A DNA stretch of 64,000 bases from Candidatus Beckwithbacteria bacterium (GCA_043803225.1 JAZDKF010000027.1:22406-86405), one strand, 5' to 3'. Shown: positions 19,000 to 29,305, counted from the stretch's first letter. Notes: generated by a model not told the origin, from the sequence alone. Translations and numbers: made by a program.

Positions 19000-20308
19000 A
19001 GCAGTAGTTGAAGTGATTTCTAAACAAAAACAAGAGCCGGCGTGGATGAGGCAGAAGCGGTTTGAAGCCTTAGAGGTGTTTGAAAAAGCGGCTTGGCCGA
19101 GGTTTGGGATTGATCAAAAAGAGCTTGATTTGGAGAAAATAAATTATTTTAACAGTCCAAAAGATTTAAAAAAGAAAAACTGGAGTCAAGTCGATAAAAA
19201 GATAAAAAAAACTTTTGAGCGGCTGGGAATTCCCCAGGCAGAAAGACGGGTGTTGGCCGGAGTCGGAGCCCAATGGGACAGTACAATGGTTTATCAGAAT
19301 TTTAAGCAAAGACTAAAAAAGCAGGGAGTGGTTTTTGGCGATATGGATGAAGCAGTAAAAAAGTATCCGCGGCTGGTTAAAAAATATTTTATGACCCAAG
19401 CGGTAACCATCAATAACAACAAGTTCAGCGCGCTTCACGGAGCAGTGTGGAGCGGAGGCAGTTTTGTTTATGTGCCCAAAGGGGTAAAGGTTAAAGAGCC
19501 GGTGCAGGGATATTTTTGGCTGAATTTAGAGCGCGGCGGACAGTTTGAACATACTATAATAATTGCCGAAGCAGGGGCGCAAATTCATTATATTGAAGGC
19601 TGTAGCGCGCCGAAGTATTCGAGCCAGGCGTTACACAGCGGAGTGGTGGAGATTTTTGTGGGAAAAGGGGCGAAAGTCAGGTATTCAACCATACAGAACT
19701 GGACTAAAAATATTTACAATTTGGCAACCAAGCGGGCAATCGTGGAAACAGACGGAACAATGGAGTGGGTGTCGGCTAGTTTGGGAAGCAAGCTAACCAT
19801 GGTTTATCCCTGCAGTGTGTTAAAAGGCGACCGGGCGAAGAGCGACCATTTAAGTTTAAGTTTAGCGGGCAAGGGGCAGGTGTTGGATACAGGCGGCAAG
19901 GTAATTCATGCGGGTAAAGATACCGGTTCGAATATTGTATCTAAGTCGATCAGCCAGGCCGGTGGCAAAACTGTTTACCGAGGATCAGTGAAGATTTTAC
20001 CAGGGGCAAAAGGGGCTAAAAGTTCTGTTTCCTGCGAGTCATTGATTTTAGATAAACGAAGCCAGGCGGTGACAGTTCCTAAAATGGAGGTTTTAGAGAA
20101 CGAGGTGGTAGCCATGCACGAAGCGAAAACCGGAAAGATAGCTGAAGAGGAATTAAATTATTTAATGAGCCGGGGGTTAGCTGAAGCCGAGGCGATGGCA
20201 ATGATTGTGAACGGGTTTATGGAGCCGGTGGTGAAACAGCTGCCTTTAGAATATGCAGTGGAAATGAACCGGCTGATTGAGATGGAGATGGAAGGGAGCG
20301 TGGGATGA
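18983..20308 (+). CDS. sufB: Fe-S scaffold SufB
   Basis: AVWSGGSFVYVP, GQFEHT, YIEGCSAP, HEA, EMEGSVG. Confidence 0.95.
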   Translation: MQGLNRAVVEVISKQKQEPAWMRQKRFEALEVFEKAAWPRFGIDQKELDLEKINYFNSPKDLKKKNWSQVDKKIKKTFERLGIPQAERRVLAGVGAQWDSTMVYQNFKQRLKKQGVVFGDMDEAVKKYPRLVKKYFMTQAVTINNNKFSALHGAVWSGGSFVYVPKGVKVKEPVQGYFWLNLERGGQFEHTIIIAEAGAQIHYIEGCSAPKYSSQALHSGVVEIFVGKGAKVRYSTIQNWTKNIYNLATKRAIVETDGTMEWVSASLGSKLTMVYPCSVLKGDRAKSDHLSLSLAGKGQVLDTGGKVIHAGKDTGSNIVSKSISQAGGKTVYRGSVKILPGAKGAKSSVSCESLILDKRSQAVTVPKMEVLENEVVAMHEAKTGKIAEEELNYLMSRGLAEAEAMAMIVNGFMEPVVKQLPLEYAVEMNRLIEMEMEGSVG

Positions 20309-20321
20309 TAGAATATAACTT

Positions 20322-20420
20322 GTTTATTACTCGACAAACAAAATTTTCTGCGTGCTCACAGCTATCTGACTGAATCAGATGAGACGCTGCGCGCGCAAAA
20401 ATTTATTTGTCTCGTTAAAC
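20322..20420 (+). repeat. Nested hairpin element copy 2 (between sufB and sufS)
   Basis: Core identical to copy 1; different outer arms gacaaa/tttgtc that still pair. Confidence 0.9.
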
Positions 20421-20426
20421 CTACCT

Positions 20427-21638
20427 ATGCTAAACATTAAACAAATTAAAAAAGATTTCCCGATTCTTTCCAGAAAAATTAACGGGAAGCGGTTGGTGTA
20501 TCTGGACAATGCGGCGACGAGCCAGCGGCCGATTCAAGTAATTAAAGCAGTGCAAGATTTCCAAAAAAAACATAATGCCAATGTCCATCGGGGATTACAC
20601 AGTTTATCAGAAGAGGCCAGCGAGCGATATGAAAAGGCCAGAGAGATAGTGGCAGAGTTTATTGGCGCCAGGGCAGACGAGCTGATTTTTGTTAAAAATA
20701 CGACTGAAGCGATTAACTTGGTTGCTTGGGCTTGGGCAAGAAAGCAGGTGAGAGAAAAAGGAGAAATTTTAACTACCATAATGGAGCATCACAGCAACCA
20801 ACTGCCGTGGCAGCAGCTGGGCAGGGAAGTGAAATTTGTCAATGTAACTGAAGAAGGAATTTTAGATATGAAAGACCTGGAAAGAAAGTTAAGTAAAAAA
20901 ACTAAGCTGATAGCCGTAGGGCAGATGTCCAATATGACCGGAACGATTAATCCTCTGGAAAGAATAATTAAATTGGCTAAAAAAGCCGGGGCGAAAGTTT
21001 TGATTGATGGAGCTCAAGGCGTTCAACATGTGGGAATAGATGTTAAAAAAATCAACGGTGATTTTTTGGCTTTTTCCGGACATAAGATGCTGGGGCCGAT
21101 GGGAATCGGGGCTTTGTATATTAAGAAAGAGCGGCAGGAGGAAATGGAGGTATTTTTAACCGGTGGGGGAATGATTTCAGAAGTTTATATTGACAAGCCG
21201 GCAGTTTGGGCCAAGGGGGTGGAAAAATGGGAAGCGGGAACGCCGAACGTGGAGGGGGCAGTGGGGCTGGCGGCGGCCTGCGAGTACCATCAACGCCTGG
21301 GTATGAAATATATCCGGCAGCATGAAAAAGAATTAACGGCTTATGCTTTAAAAGAATTGTCAAGATTTAAAGAAATTAAAATTTACGGACCGAAAAACGT
21401 GGAGATAAGAGGCGGAGTAATCAGCTTTACTTTTAAGGGTATTCATGCCCATGATGTGGCTCAAATTTTGGACAGCGAAGGGGTGGCGGTCAGATCCGGA
21501 CATCACTGCACTCAGCCATTGCACCGGAGGTTTGGATTGGCGGCGACAACCAGAGCCAGTTTTTATATTTATAATGATAAAAAAGACGTGGATAAATTAA
21601 TCGAAGGATTATTAAAAGTTAAACAGGTATTTAAATAA
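20427..21638 (+). CDS. sufS: Cysteine desulfurase SufS
   Basis: YLDNAAT, EHHSN, SGHKM, RSGHHC; start MLNIK (track extension is the repeat). Confidence 0.95.
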   Translation: MLNIKQIKKDFPILSRKINGKRLVYLDNAATSQRPIQVIKAVQDFQKKHNANVHRGLHSLSEEASERYEKAREIVAEFIGARADELIFVKNTTEAINLVAWAWARKQVREKGEILTTIMEHHSNQLPWQQLGREVKFVNVTEEGILDMKDLERKLSKKTKLIAVGQMSNMTGTINPLERIIKLAKKAGAKVLIDGAQGVQHVGIDVKKINGDFLAFSGHKMLGPMGIGALYIKKERQEEMEVFLTGGGMISEVYIDKPAVWAKGVEKWEAGTPNVEGAVGLAAACEYHQRLGMKYIRQHEKELTAYALKELSRFKEIKIYGPKNVEIRGGVISFTFKGIHAHDVAQILDSEGVAVRSGHHCTQPLHRRFGLAATTRASFYIYNDKKDVDKLIEGLLKVKQVFK

Positions 21639-21664
21639 ACAAGGTTCGTAACCTTGTTTAATAT

Positions 21665-22030
21665 ATGGATATATATAGGCAAGAAATACTGGATCATTTT
21701 AAACATCCGCGGAACTTTGGAGAATTAACCAAAGCGACGCATAAAGCAATGGATCGAAATGCCAGTTGCGGGGATGTTTTGGAGATGAGTTTGAGGGTAG
21801 AAAAAGGCAAGGTGGTAGAAGTTAAGTTTAAAGGCGAGGGTTGCGCAGTGTCGATGGCCGGGGCAAGCATGCTGACAGAAATGATTAAAGGTAAAAAAGC
21901 AGTAGAGATAATGAAGCTGGGGGATAAAGATATCGAAAGAATGTTGAAGATAAAAATTAGTCCGGCGAGAAAAAAGTGCGCCGGGTTAGGATTAGTGGTA
22001 TGTCAAAAATCACTCTTAACAGCAATTTAG
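21665..22030 (+). CDS. sufU: SufU/IscU-type protein
   Basis: HPRNFG, NASCGD, GCAVS, RKKCA. Confidence 0.9.
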   Translation: MDIYRQEILDHFKHPRNFGELTKATHKAMDRNASCGDVLEMSLRVEKGKVVEVKFKGEGCAVSMAGASMLTEMIKGKKAVEIMKLGDKDIERMLKIKISPARKKCAGLGLVVCQKSLLTAI

Positions 22031-22227
22031 GCGAGATAGTAGAGAAGTATCCAGAGTTGGGAGAGATTTTGCGGGAGGAGTATGGGTTGCACTGCGTCGG
22101 CTGTATGGCGGCCAGTTTTGACAGTTTGGAACAGGGGGCAAAAGCCCATGGTTTTGACGACGGGGAGATTAAAAAGATGGTGGAAAGATTAAATCAGGTT
22201 TTCAAGAAGAAGCGCCGAAAGAAGTAA
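22000..22227 (+). CDS. DUF1858 domain protein
   Basis: GLHCVGCMAASFDSLEQGAKAHG. Confidence 0.85.
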   Translation: MSKITLNSNLGEIVEKYPELGEILREEYGLHCVGCMAASFDSLEQGAKAHGFDDGEIKKMVERLNQVFKKKRRKK

Positions 22228-23011
22228 TTTTTTTAGCCGCGGCTTGAGTGGCGATTTTCATTGATGCAAGAATGTTATTGGTTTTATAGTAGCTGATTAG
22301 AAAGTTGGCAAGATAAGTGTCGCCGGCGCCGGTAGTGTCAACGGATTTAATCTTTTGAGCCGGGCAGAAGTAGTTGTTTTTATCAGTAAAAACTTGGCTG
22401 CCTTGATGTCCATGAGTAACCAGGCAAAGTTTATGATGTTTAACAGCTAATTGTTTTAATAGAGCAAGGGCAGTGGAGTCAGTAAGTTCTTGGCTAGTGA
22501 TAATAAAGTCAACAAAGGGGAAGTAAGTTTTAATAGTAGATAAGGAAGGGCTGTAAATTGAACCGCCGGCAAAGTCAGCGACTTTAATGGCTTTGGTTTT
22601 CAGCTGGCAAAATTGTTTAAAGATTGGCAGAAGAGGTTTAAGGCAGATAGCCCGGATGACAGATTGAGTAGTAAGGAACTTGAGCTGGGATTGATTGAGA
22701 CGGAAAGATTTAAGGACGCCCAGCTGCCAGCCATGGAAGATCGGCCGATGCCGGGAATCAAGATCAATCTCAACCTGGCTGGTTTTTCCGGGGAGGACGG
22801 ATAAGTAGTCAGTATTAATATGTTGCTTTTTGCAGGCGAGCAGATATTTTTTACCCCAGTCATCCTGGCCGACAGCAGAAACAAGGCTGGTTTTCGTACC
22901 CAGACGGGAGGCGGTTAAGCAAAAATTGTAGCTGGTGCCGCCAAGAAAGTATTGATCTAAGCTTGGATAAATATCAACGCAAATATCGCCAAGAGCCGTT
23001 AATTTAAGCAT
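22202..23011 (-). CDS. PfkB family carbohydrate kinase
   Basis: VGQDDWG, VDTTGAGD. Confidence 0.9.
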   Translation of the reverse strand: MLKLTALGDICVDIYPSLDQYFLGGTSYNFCLTASRLGTKTSLVSAVGQDDWGKKYLLACKKQHINTDYLSVLPGKTSQVEIDLDSRHRPIFHGWQLGVLKSFRLNQSQLKFLTTQSVIRAICLKPLLPIFKQFCQLKTKAIKVADFAGGSIYSPSLSTIKTYFPFVDFIITSQELTDSTALALLKQLAVKHHKLCLVTHGHQGSQVFTDKNNYFCPAQKIKSVDTTGAGDTYLANFLISYYKTNNILASMKIATQAAAKKITSFGASS

Positions 23012-23036
23012 AGCTTTGCTATAATATCACACGTTT

Positions 23037-23606
23037 ATGATAAGTAATGAAATAATTAGGGCTGCAGAAGGTCAATGTGATTGGCACCGCGCTGATCATG
23101 GTTTTCGAACAATGTTTTTAGGAGGGGAAATATTTGAATTAGAGCTGGTTACAGCTCCGGAAGAAGTGAAACAAAATCCGAATTATTTTAGAGAAGTATT
23201 AAATTGGACGGCGGTATTACATGATCGGGAGATGCCAATGACAGATAAATATGATTTTACTCATGGGAAAAAAGCTGCCGACCGGGTGGATGAGATTATT
23301 GGGGAAGCGGTTAGCCCAGAGGGGAGAGAGTTAATAAAGTTTTTGTGTGAATTTCATGTTCCGGATGATAGCGAGATTACGGGGTTAACTGACACACAAA
23401 GGTGGTTGCTAAGCGTGTTTAAAGATGCAGATGCTTTAGATCGGGTGAGATTTGATAATGGCGACACTTTGGATAAAAGTCATCTTAGGTTTGGCAGTAG
23501 TAGAGAATTGATTCCACAAGCCCAGGAGTTATGGGAAAGAACTAAACAAGGGCTTGATTCACCTCAAGCAGCTTTTGACGCTGTGTTTGGAAATAGGGTA
23601 GAATGA
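23037..23606 (+). CDS. HD-domain phosphohydrolase
   Basis: H...H, LHD, HG, KDADALDR. Confidence 0.75.
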   Translation: MISNEIIRAAEGQCDWHRADHGFRTMFLGGEIFELELVTAPEEVKQNPNYFREVLNWTAVLHDREMPMTDKYDFTHGKKAADRVDEIIGEAVSPEGRELIKFLCEFHVPDDSEITGLTDTQRWLLSVFKDADALDRVRFDNGDTLDKSHLRFGSSRELIPQAQELWERTKQGLDSPQAAFDAVFGNRVE

Positions 23607-24310
23607 TTTTTATGGCAGCAGTGCAACAATACTTAGCCAAAGTAAATGAACACTTTGCTTATAATGAGAAGTACCATTGTTTTAAGTTTGAATTAGTGAA
23701 ACCAGCTTTACTGGAGTTCTTGGCCGGACAATATATTTCCATTGAAGTCGGGGAGGGATTGAGGCGGTCATATTCAATAGTGAATCAGCCGAGCGTGAAT
23801 CACATGGTGGAGCTGTGTGTGGATGTTTTGCCAGATGGGAAAGGAACTGGCTACTTAAAGAATTTAAAACCAGGCGATGAGGTTAAGTTTTTAGCACCTT
23901 TGGGTATTTTCAAGGCAGAGCAGGAAAGCAAGCTGTTGTTTATGGCAACCGGCTGCGGAATTGCACCGATTAAAAGCATGCTGTTTGATTTGTTGGAAGA
24001 TAAAAAAGATACAAGACAGATGGTTTTGGTTTGGGGATTAAGACACGCAGAGGAGATGTTTTGGGAAGAAGAGCTGAGGCGGCTGGAAGAGTATTATAAA
24101 AATTTTAAATTACAGATAATTTTAAGCCAACCGCCGGAGAAGTGGCCGCTTCCAGCCGGGCATATAACCGATTATATTAAAACTGAAATGAGTTTGGATA
24201 AAGGTTGGGGAATATATCTTTGTGGCAGCAGGGAGATGGTGGAGGAAGGGAAGGTGTTGGTTGAGAGTTTGGGCGTACCTAAAGAACAAATTCATTTTGA
24301 AAAATTTTAA
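23603..24310 (+). CDS. FAD/NAD(P)-binding oxidoreductase (FNR family)
   Basis: GQY, RSYSI, ATGCGIAP, YLCG, terminal EKF. Confidence 0.92.
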   Translation: MIFMAAVQQYLAKVNEHFAYNEKYHCFKFELVKPALLEFLAGQYISIEVGEGLRRSYSIVNQPSVNHMVELCVDVLPDGKGTGYLKNLKPGDEVKFLAPLGIFKAEQESKLLFMATGCGIAPIKSMLFDLLEDKKDTRQMVLVWGLRHAEEMFWEEELRRLEEYYKNFKLQIILSQPPEKWPLPAGHITDYIKTEMSLDKGWGIYLCGSREMVEEGKVLVESLGVPKEQIHFEKF

Positions 24311-24324
24311 GGAGGTGTATTTTT

Positions 24325-24552
24325 ATGGCAAAGTATAAGATTAAAATCATCAAGGATAAGTGCATTGGTGCGGCCGCCTGCGCGGGAATTGCGCCGAATA
24401 CTTATAAGCTGGATGAGAATAACATTGCTTATGTCTTGAGCGAAGACGGGGACTCGGCAGAGAATGTTTTACTGGGGGCGCAGAGCTGTCCGACGAATGC
24501 AATTGAGATCTATGACGTTCAAACCAATGAGAAAGTTTGGCCGAAAGAGTAA
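24325..24552 (+). CDS. Ferredoxin (3Fe-4S type)
   Basis: CIGAAAC...CPTNAI; SD aaggagg. Confidence 0.9.
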   Translation: MAKYKIKIIKDKCIGAAACAGIAPNTYKLDENNIAYVLSEDGDSAENVLLGAQSCPTNAIEIYDVQTNEKVWPKE

Positions 24553-24663
24553 TTATCCTATAATCTTCTTGAGGTGTTCCTCTTGACAATCGGGTAAGGA
24601 TTAGTCTAGGCTATGCTTAAGATAACAAATATCTGTATAGCAAATCAAAAGGGGGTGAGCAGC

Positions 24664-24861
24664 ATGGCTTATTCATTCAAAAACTCTAAAGGGGTAACTT
24701 ATTACCTTCACTTCAAAGATGTTAATCTTCGCGGCGGCAAAAAACAAAGAATTTATTTCTTTGCCCGCGACGTTAGAAGTGGATCTTTAGATTCAGTTCC
24801 TGCTGGTTATAAAGTGATGGAAACATCAAGAACCGGCATGCCAGTTTTAAAGAAAGCTTAA
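24664..24861 (+). CDS. Small conserved hypothetical protein
   Basis: SD-like gggggtg; YYLH, IYFF, TGMPVLKK; followed by a terminator. Confidence 0.7.
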   Translation: MAYSFKNSKGVTYYLHFKDVNLRGGKKQRIYFFARDVRSGSLDSVPAGYKVMETSRTGMPVLKKA

Positions 24862-24881
24862 AGATAAGTAAACTTTAAACT

Positions 24882-24910
24882 AACCCGCCTCTTTTTAGGG
24901 GCGGGTTTTT
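24882..24910. terminator. Intrinsic terminator between convergent genes
   Basis: aacccgcctc...ggggcgggtt + T-tract. Confidence 0.8.
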
Positions 24911-26039
24911 AGGAGAGAAAAGAGTGGATTAACTTAAGGGTTTTTTGAGGGGTGTTAAGGTACTTCCGGCGGTGGCGGCTAATCCCTGGTTGAAAGGATT
25001 TAAGCATGGCGGGGTTTTTAATGATTTGTTTTAAGACAGATAAGGTCCGGAGGGGTCGATGGGTAACAATGCCTAAGTGGCGGCGGGTAATGTAGCGGTA
25101 GTTGCCGAGTTCCTGGCACAGCGGTTCGCTAGTGGCAATAAACGGTTTATTAAGCATTAGGCTTTCGAAGAGAATGTTGGGGCCAGGTTTGCCAACCACG
25201 AAATCACTGGCAGCAATTAATTGGGGGATTTGGTCGGTGTAACCAAAAGCGTTTAGAGGTAGTCGTTTAAGACGGGTTAAAAGAGAGCGGTTTTTGCCGG
25301 CAACGACTATCAGTTGGTTGTGAGTGGAGAAGTTTGACAGCTTAAGAAGGCTGGTAATTAGTGGGTAGATTTGGCCATGGCCTTCACCGCTGCCGCCGAT
25401 AAACAGGGTAAGTTTATTAGGATTAAGGCCGAGTTTTTTACGGACAAGGCTGACCTGAGAAAGCGGTTGATAGAAAGCCAGCCTTAAGGGAAGGCCGGTT
25501 AAGCTGATCCGATTGGCTGGGATATGGCGGTAAATTAATGTTTGTTTGGCTTCAGGGGTCGGAACCAAGTAGTGGTTGGCTTGTTTGTAGGTGGTCCAGC
25601 CATGATGAATAGTAAAAGGGTCAGCTAAAACAACCAAGTGGGGCAGTTTAAGATTAAGATAATCCAGGGCAGATCGAAGTTCAAAGGTAGCAAAACCGGA
25701 AGTAGAAATAATTAGATCTGGCCGGGTAAGTCTAATTTCCCGAACGATTTTTGACAGAGTAAGTTGAGTGTTAAATAAATGAGCAAGATAGGCAGATTTG
25801 GGATTGTTGCTTTTCTGCCATTGCTGGTGATGAAGCTTAATAAAGTGTTCACCAATTAAGCGGTAAGCGGGAGAGACGATTTTAGGAGTGGTAATAAAGG
25901 TGACTGGTTTAATTGGCAGGGAAGAGGTTCTTAAGTATTGTTCCAGAGCTGAAGCAATAGCTAGGTGGCCGCCGCCGGCGGCTGAGGCAAGGATTAAGAC
26001 TTTTTTTTGGGTTGATTTCACGGTTTGCGTATAATACAT
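24909..26039 (-). CDS. MGDG synthase/UgtP-like glycosyltransferase (GT28)
   Basis: GGGH, TGLPLR, GKN, GKPG, QE..N. Confidence 0.85.
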   Translation of the reverse strand: MYYTQTVKSTQKKVLILASAAGGGHLAIASALEQYLRTSSLPIKPVTFITTPKIVSPAYRLIGEHFIKLHHQQWQKSNNPKSAYLAHLFNTQLTLSKIVREIRLTRPDLIISTSGFATFELRSALDYLNLKLPHLVVLADPFTIHHGWTTYKQANHYLVPTPEAKQTLIYRHIPANRISLTGLPLRLAFYQPLSQVSLVRKKLGLNPNKLTLFIGGSGEGHGQIYPLITSLLKLSNFSTHNQLIVVAGKNRSLLTRLKRLPLNAFGYTDQIPQLIAASDFVVGKPGPNILFESLMLNKPFIATSEPLCQELGNYRYITRRHLGIVTHRPLRTLSVLKQIIKNPAMLKSFQPGISRHRRKYLNTPQKTLKLIHSFLS

Positions 26040-26087
26040 TATAACTGAAGGTTTAATTAATTAAATTTAATAATAAAAGGGGGAGGT

Positions 26088-26621
26088 ATGAATAAAAATA
26101 AAATAGCTTTAGGGTTATTAGTCGCCGCCGCAGTGATGGGAATAATTATCGGAGTCAGCCGGAGTAAAAAACCAGAGGAAGCAGTGAATCCGGAAATTAC
26201 TTTAGAGTCAAATAAGATGATGGATAGTGATGCGGGGTTAGTGCCGGCGATGAGCGAGGCAGAAAAACGGCAGATCGAAGACACTTTTGCTAAGGATGGA
26301 GCCGAGATGACGATGTTAAAAGATGTGGCTGGTGGTCAGGCGGTCGGAACAGCTTGGAGAAATTTTGATGGGAACAGTTTTGCCCACAAAGTGGAAGTGA
26401 ATAATCTGCCGGCATTAGAGAAGGGATATTTTTTTGAAGGCTGGTTGGTAGGAGCAGAAGGGTTTTTTTCAACCGGCAGGATGGCGGCAATCGATGGTCA
26501 GGGAAAACTGTATTATAAAGCTGGAGAAGACAAGAGCGCGTTTAAGGGTGTAGTGATTACTTTAGAGCCTGAAGATGGGATTGAGGCTCCTGATAAACAT
26601 ATTGTTGAAGGAAGTTTTTGA
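26088..26621 (+). CDS. Membrane-anchored protein with RskA-like extracellular domain
   Basis: N-terminal TM; FEGWLV, VVITLEP..P..H..EG. Confidence 0.55.
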   Translation: MNKNKIALGLLVAAAVMGIIIGVSRSKKPEEAVNPEITLESNKMMDSDAGLVPAMSEAEKRQIEDTFAKDGAEMTMLKDVAGGQAVGTAWRNFDGNSFAHKVEVNNLPALEKGYFFEGWLVGAEGFFSTGRMAAIDGQGKLYYKAGEDKSAFKGVVITLEPEDGIEAPDKHIVEGSF

Positions 26622-27226
26622 TGCTGAAAAACATTGCTTTTTTTGGCTACTCGGATTTTAAGAAAACAGATGATGAATATGTGGAGGCGTTTGAGACAGC
26701 CAAGTTGCTGGCTCAAAAAGGCTATACGATAGTGAATGGCGGCGGGGCAGGAATAATGAATGCGTCAACTCAGGGAGCCGAGGCGGTCGGAGGGGAGACG
26801 ATCGCAATTACGTTTTCGCCTTCAGATGCGCCGGGATTTGAGGGCAGGTATCTTGCCAATCGGGTGGACAAAGAGATTAAAACCAAGAACTATATTGAAA
26901 GAATGTTTAAGTTAATGGAACATGCTGACGCTTATATTATTTTCAGGGGCGGAACCGGAACCGTGTCTGAGTTTAGTACGGCCTGGGCTTTGGCAAAACT
27001 ATACTATCCGCATCATAAGCCGTTTATTCTCTATGGCCGGTTTTGGCATAAAATTGTTCAGACAATTCAAGAGAAGATGATGATTAGAAAAGAAACCATG
27101 AAGGTGTTTAAAATAGTCGAAACCAAAGAAGAAATATTGGATGCCCTGGTTGACTTAGACCGGGAAATGGCCGAATATGATCATAGCCATTGTGCAATTT
27201 GCCAGGATAAGGCTTTCATGACATGA
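26618..27226 (+). CDS. LOG family nucleotide phosphoribohydrolase
   Basis: NGGGAGIM, ER, GGTGTVSE. Confidence 0.85.
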   Translation: MMLKNIAFFGYSDFKKTDDEYVEAFETAKLLAQKGYTIVNGGGAGIMNASTQGAEAVGGETIAITFSPSDAPGFEGRYLANRVDKEIKTKNYIERMFKLMEHADAYIIFRGGTGTVSEFSTAWALAKLYYPHHKPFILYGRFWHKIVQTIQEKMMIRKETMKVFKIVETKEEILDALVDLDREMAEYDHSHCAICQDKAFMT

Positions 27227-27669
27227 TTTATTTAGGGAGCGACCATGGGGGGTTTGAATTAAAAGAAAAAATTAAGGTATGGCTTAATACTCAAAATATT
27301 GAGTTTGAGGATTTGGGCAATACTATTTATGATCCGGTGGATGATTTTGTTGATTTTGGCGTGAAGGTGGCGGAGAAAGTGAAGGGGAGTCAAGATAAGG
27401 GAGTGTTGTTTTGCCGGGCTGGAGGAATGGCTTTGGTAGCTAATAAATTTAAAGGAGTTCATGCGGTTGAAGTTTGGAGCCTGGAAACTGCCAGACACGC
27501 AAAGGAACATCGTGATGCTAACATATTAGGAATTCCGGCAGATTATGTGGATGAAAAATTAGTGAAAGAGATGATTAAAATTTGGTTAGAGAGTAGTTTG
27601 CTAACCGAGGAGAAATATCAAAGAAGAATTGATAAAATAAAAGCTATTGAAGAAAGGAATTTTTTATGA
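27223..27669 (+). CDS. rpiB: RpiB/LacA/LacB sugar-phosphate isomerase
   Basis: GSDHGG, ANK, EH..ANIL, RRIDKI. Confidence 0.88.
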   Translation: MIYLGSDHGGFELKEKIKVWLNTQNIEFEDLGNTIYDPVDDFVDFGVKVAEKVKGSQDKGVLFCRAGGMALVANKFKGVHAVEVWSLETARHAKEHRDANILGIPADYVDEKLVKEMIKIWLESSLLTEEKYQRRIDKIKAIEERNFL

Positions 27670-28664
27670 AGAAAGTGGCGATTAACGGTTTTGGCAGAAT
27701 TGGGAGATTGGCTTTAAGGGCGGCACTGATGAAGCATAAACAGGGTTTAAAAATCGTGGCGATAAATACTTCCGGCAATATGGAGACAGCCGGCTGGGCA
27801 CATTTATTTGAGTATGATTCAACCTATGGCCGGTATCAGGGGAAGGTAGAGGCAAGCGGCCAATATATAATTGTTGACGGAGAGAAGATTTTGGTCCTTT
27901 CAGAGCTAAATCCAAAAAAACTGCCTTGGAAAAAATTGGGAATTGATTTAGTAATTGAGAGCACAGGTATGTTTCGAAAAGCAGAAGAAGTTGATGACCA
28001 TTTGGAGGCCGGAGCCAAACAAGTATTGTTGTCAGCGCCGCCTAAAGGGGGAAAGGTTAATATTTATATCCGCGGGATAAACTGTAAAAATTTAAGGGGC
28101 GATAAAGTATTTTCCAATGCTTCGTGTACAACCAATTGTGCGGTGCCGGTAGCCCAGGTGATTTCGAGTAGTTTTGGAGTGTTAAAGGCAGGAATGACGA
28201 CAATTCATGCTTACACTTCGGACCAAAGGTTATTAGATAATTCGCACAAAGATTTAAGACGAGCCAGAGCGGCGGCGGTAAATATTATCCCGACTTCAAC
28301 CGGAGCGGCTGATGCGGTCGGAGCGGTCCTGCCGGAATTGACAGGAGTTTTTGACGGAATCGCGATCAGAGTGCCGGTGGTAACCGGCTCTTTGACAGAT
28401 TTTACTTTTTTAGTAAAAAGAAAAGTGACGGCTGAAGAAGTTAATCGGGCTTTAACTCAAGCGTCTGAAACCTATTTAAAGGGAATTTTGGAAGTAACCG
28501 ATAAACCAATAGTTTCCAGTGATGTGATTGGCTGTGAAAACTCGGCCTTAGTAGATCTGGAAATGACCAGCGTCATTGACGGCGATTTAGTCAAGATTTT
28601 AGCCTGGTATGACAATGAGTGGGGTTATGTTATTAGGATGATGGAGCTGGCTAGCCAAGCATGA
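27666..28664 (+). CDS. gap: Glyceraldehyde-3-phosphate dehydrogenase type I
   Basis: INGFGRIGR, SNASCTTNC, WYDNEWGY. Confidence 0.97.
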   Translation: MKKVAINGFGRIGRLALRAALMKHKQGLKIVAINTSGNMETAGWAHLFEYDSTYGRYQGKVEASGQYIIVDGEKILVLSELNPKKLPWKKLGIDLVIESTGMFRKAEEVDDHLEAGAKQVLLSAPPKGGKVNIYIRGINCKNLRGDKVFSNASCTTNCAVPVAQVISSSFGVLKAGMTTIHAYTSDQRLLDNSHKDLRRARAAAVNIIPTSTGAADAVGAVLPELTGVFDGIAIRVPVVTGSLTDFTFLVKRKVTAEEVNRALTQASETYLKGILEVTDKPIVSSDVIGCENSALVDLEMTSVIDGDLVKILAWYDNEWGYVIRMMELASQA

Positions 28665-29305
28665 TTGTAATTACCCCGACAATTTTTGTGAGAAACTCTC
28701 AAGTTTTAGAGGAAAGATTAGAGTTGTATGAGGAGATGGTAGAGAGAGTTCAATTGGATGTGGCGGATGAAGAGTTTACTTTAAAACCAACATTGGGGGT
28801 GGAAAAATTGTTAAAAGCTCCGACAACTTTGGAAAGGGATATTCATTTAATGACGGTGGAGCCGATTGATTGGCTAGATTACTGTCAGGAGGAGGGAGTC
28901 AGGACAGCGATTGGCCACATTGAATATATGGGCAGCCAGAAAGAGTTTGTAGAAGAAGCGATAAGATTGGGTTTAAAGGCAGGCTTAGCGGTGGATTTAG
29001 AAACTGATTTTAAAGAGCTGGATTGGCCGATAGCCAAGACCGCAGACATGATATTAATTATGGCAGTTAGAGCCGGGAAAGAAGGCCAGCAGTTTAATGG
29101 GGAAAGTTTAAGGCGGGTAAAAGAGTTAAGGAGATTAGGCTTTAAAAAAGAGATTTGCATCGATGGCGGAGTGAATGAGGCGACGATCGCTAAGTGTGTT
29201 AAAGCCGGAGCTGATGTGTTAGCGGTCGGCAGCTGTTTATGGCAGGCGGAAGAAGTGGAAAAACAGTGGCAGAGATTAACTCGGCTGGCAGAGGGGGCGT
29301 TATGA
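28661..29305 (+). CDS. rpe: Ribulose-phosphate 3-epimerase
   Basis: HLM, GQQF, IDGGVN, VGS. Confidence 0.85.
   Translation: MIVITPTIFVRNSQVLEERLELYEEMVERVQLDVADEEFTLKPTLGVEKLLKAPTTLERDIHLMTVEPIDWLDYCQEEGVRTAIGHIEYMGSQKEFVEEAIRLGLKAGLAVDLETDFKELDWPIAKTADMILIMAVRAGKEGQQFNGESLRRVKELRRLGFKKEICIDGGVNEATIAKCVKAGADVLAVGSCLWQAEEVEKQWQRLTRLAEGAL

Noticed and set aside
20379-20426. N-terminal extension of SufS
   Set aside because: It is translation of hairpin copy 2; the family-like sequence begins at MLNIK.
21636-21660. Perfect inverted repeat taaacaaggtt-cgt-aaccttgttta as a member of the 23-bp family
   Set aside because: It shares CAAGG/CCTTG but has a 7-nt rather than 5-nt centre and different arms; it may be a simple intergenic hairpin.
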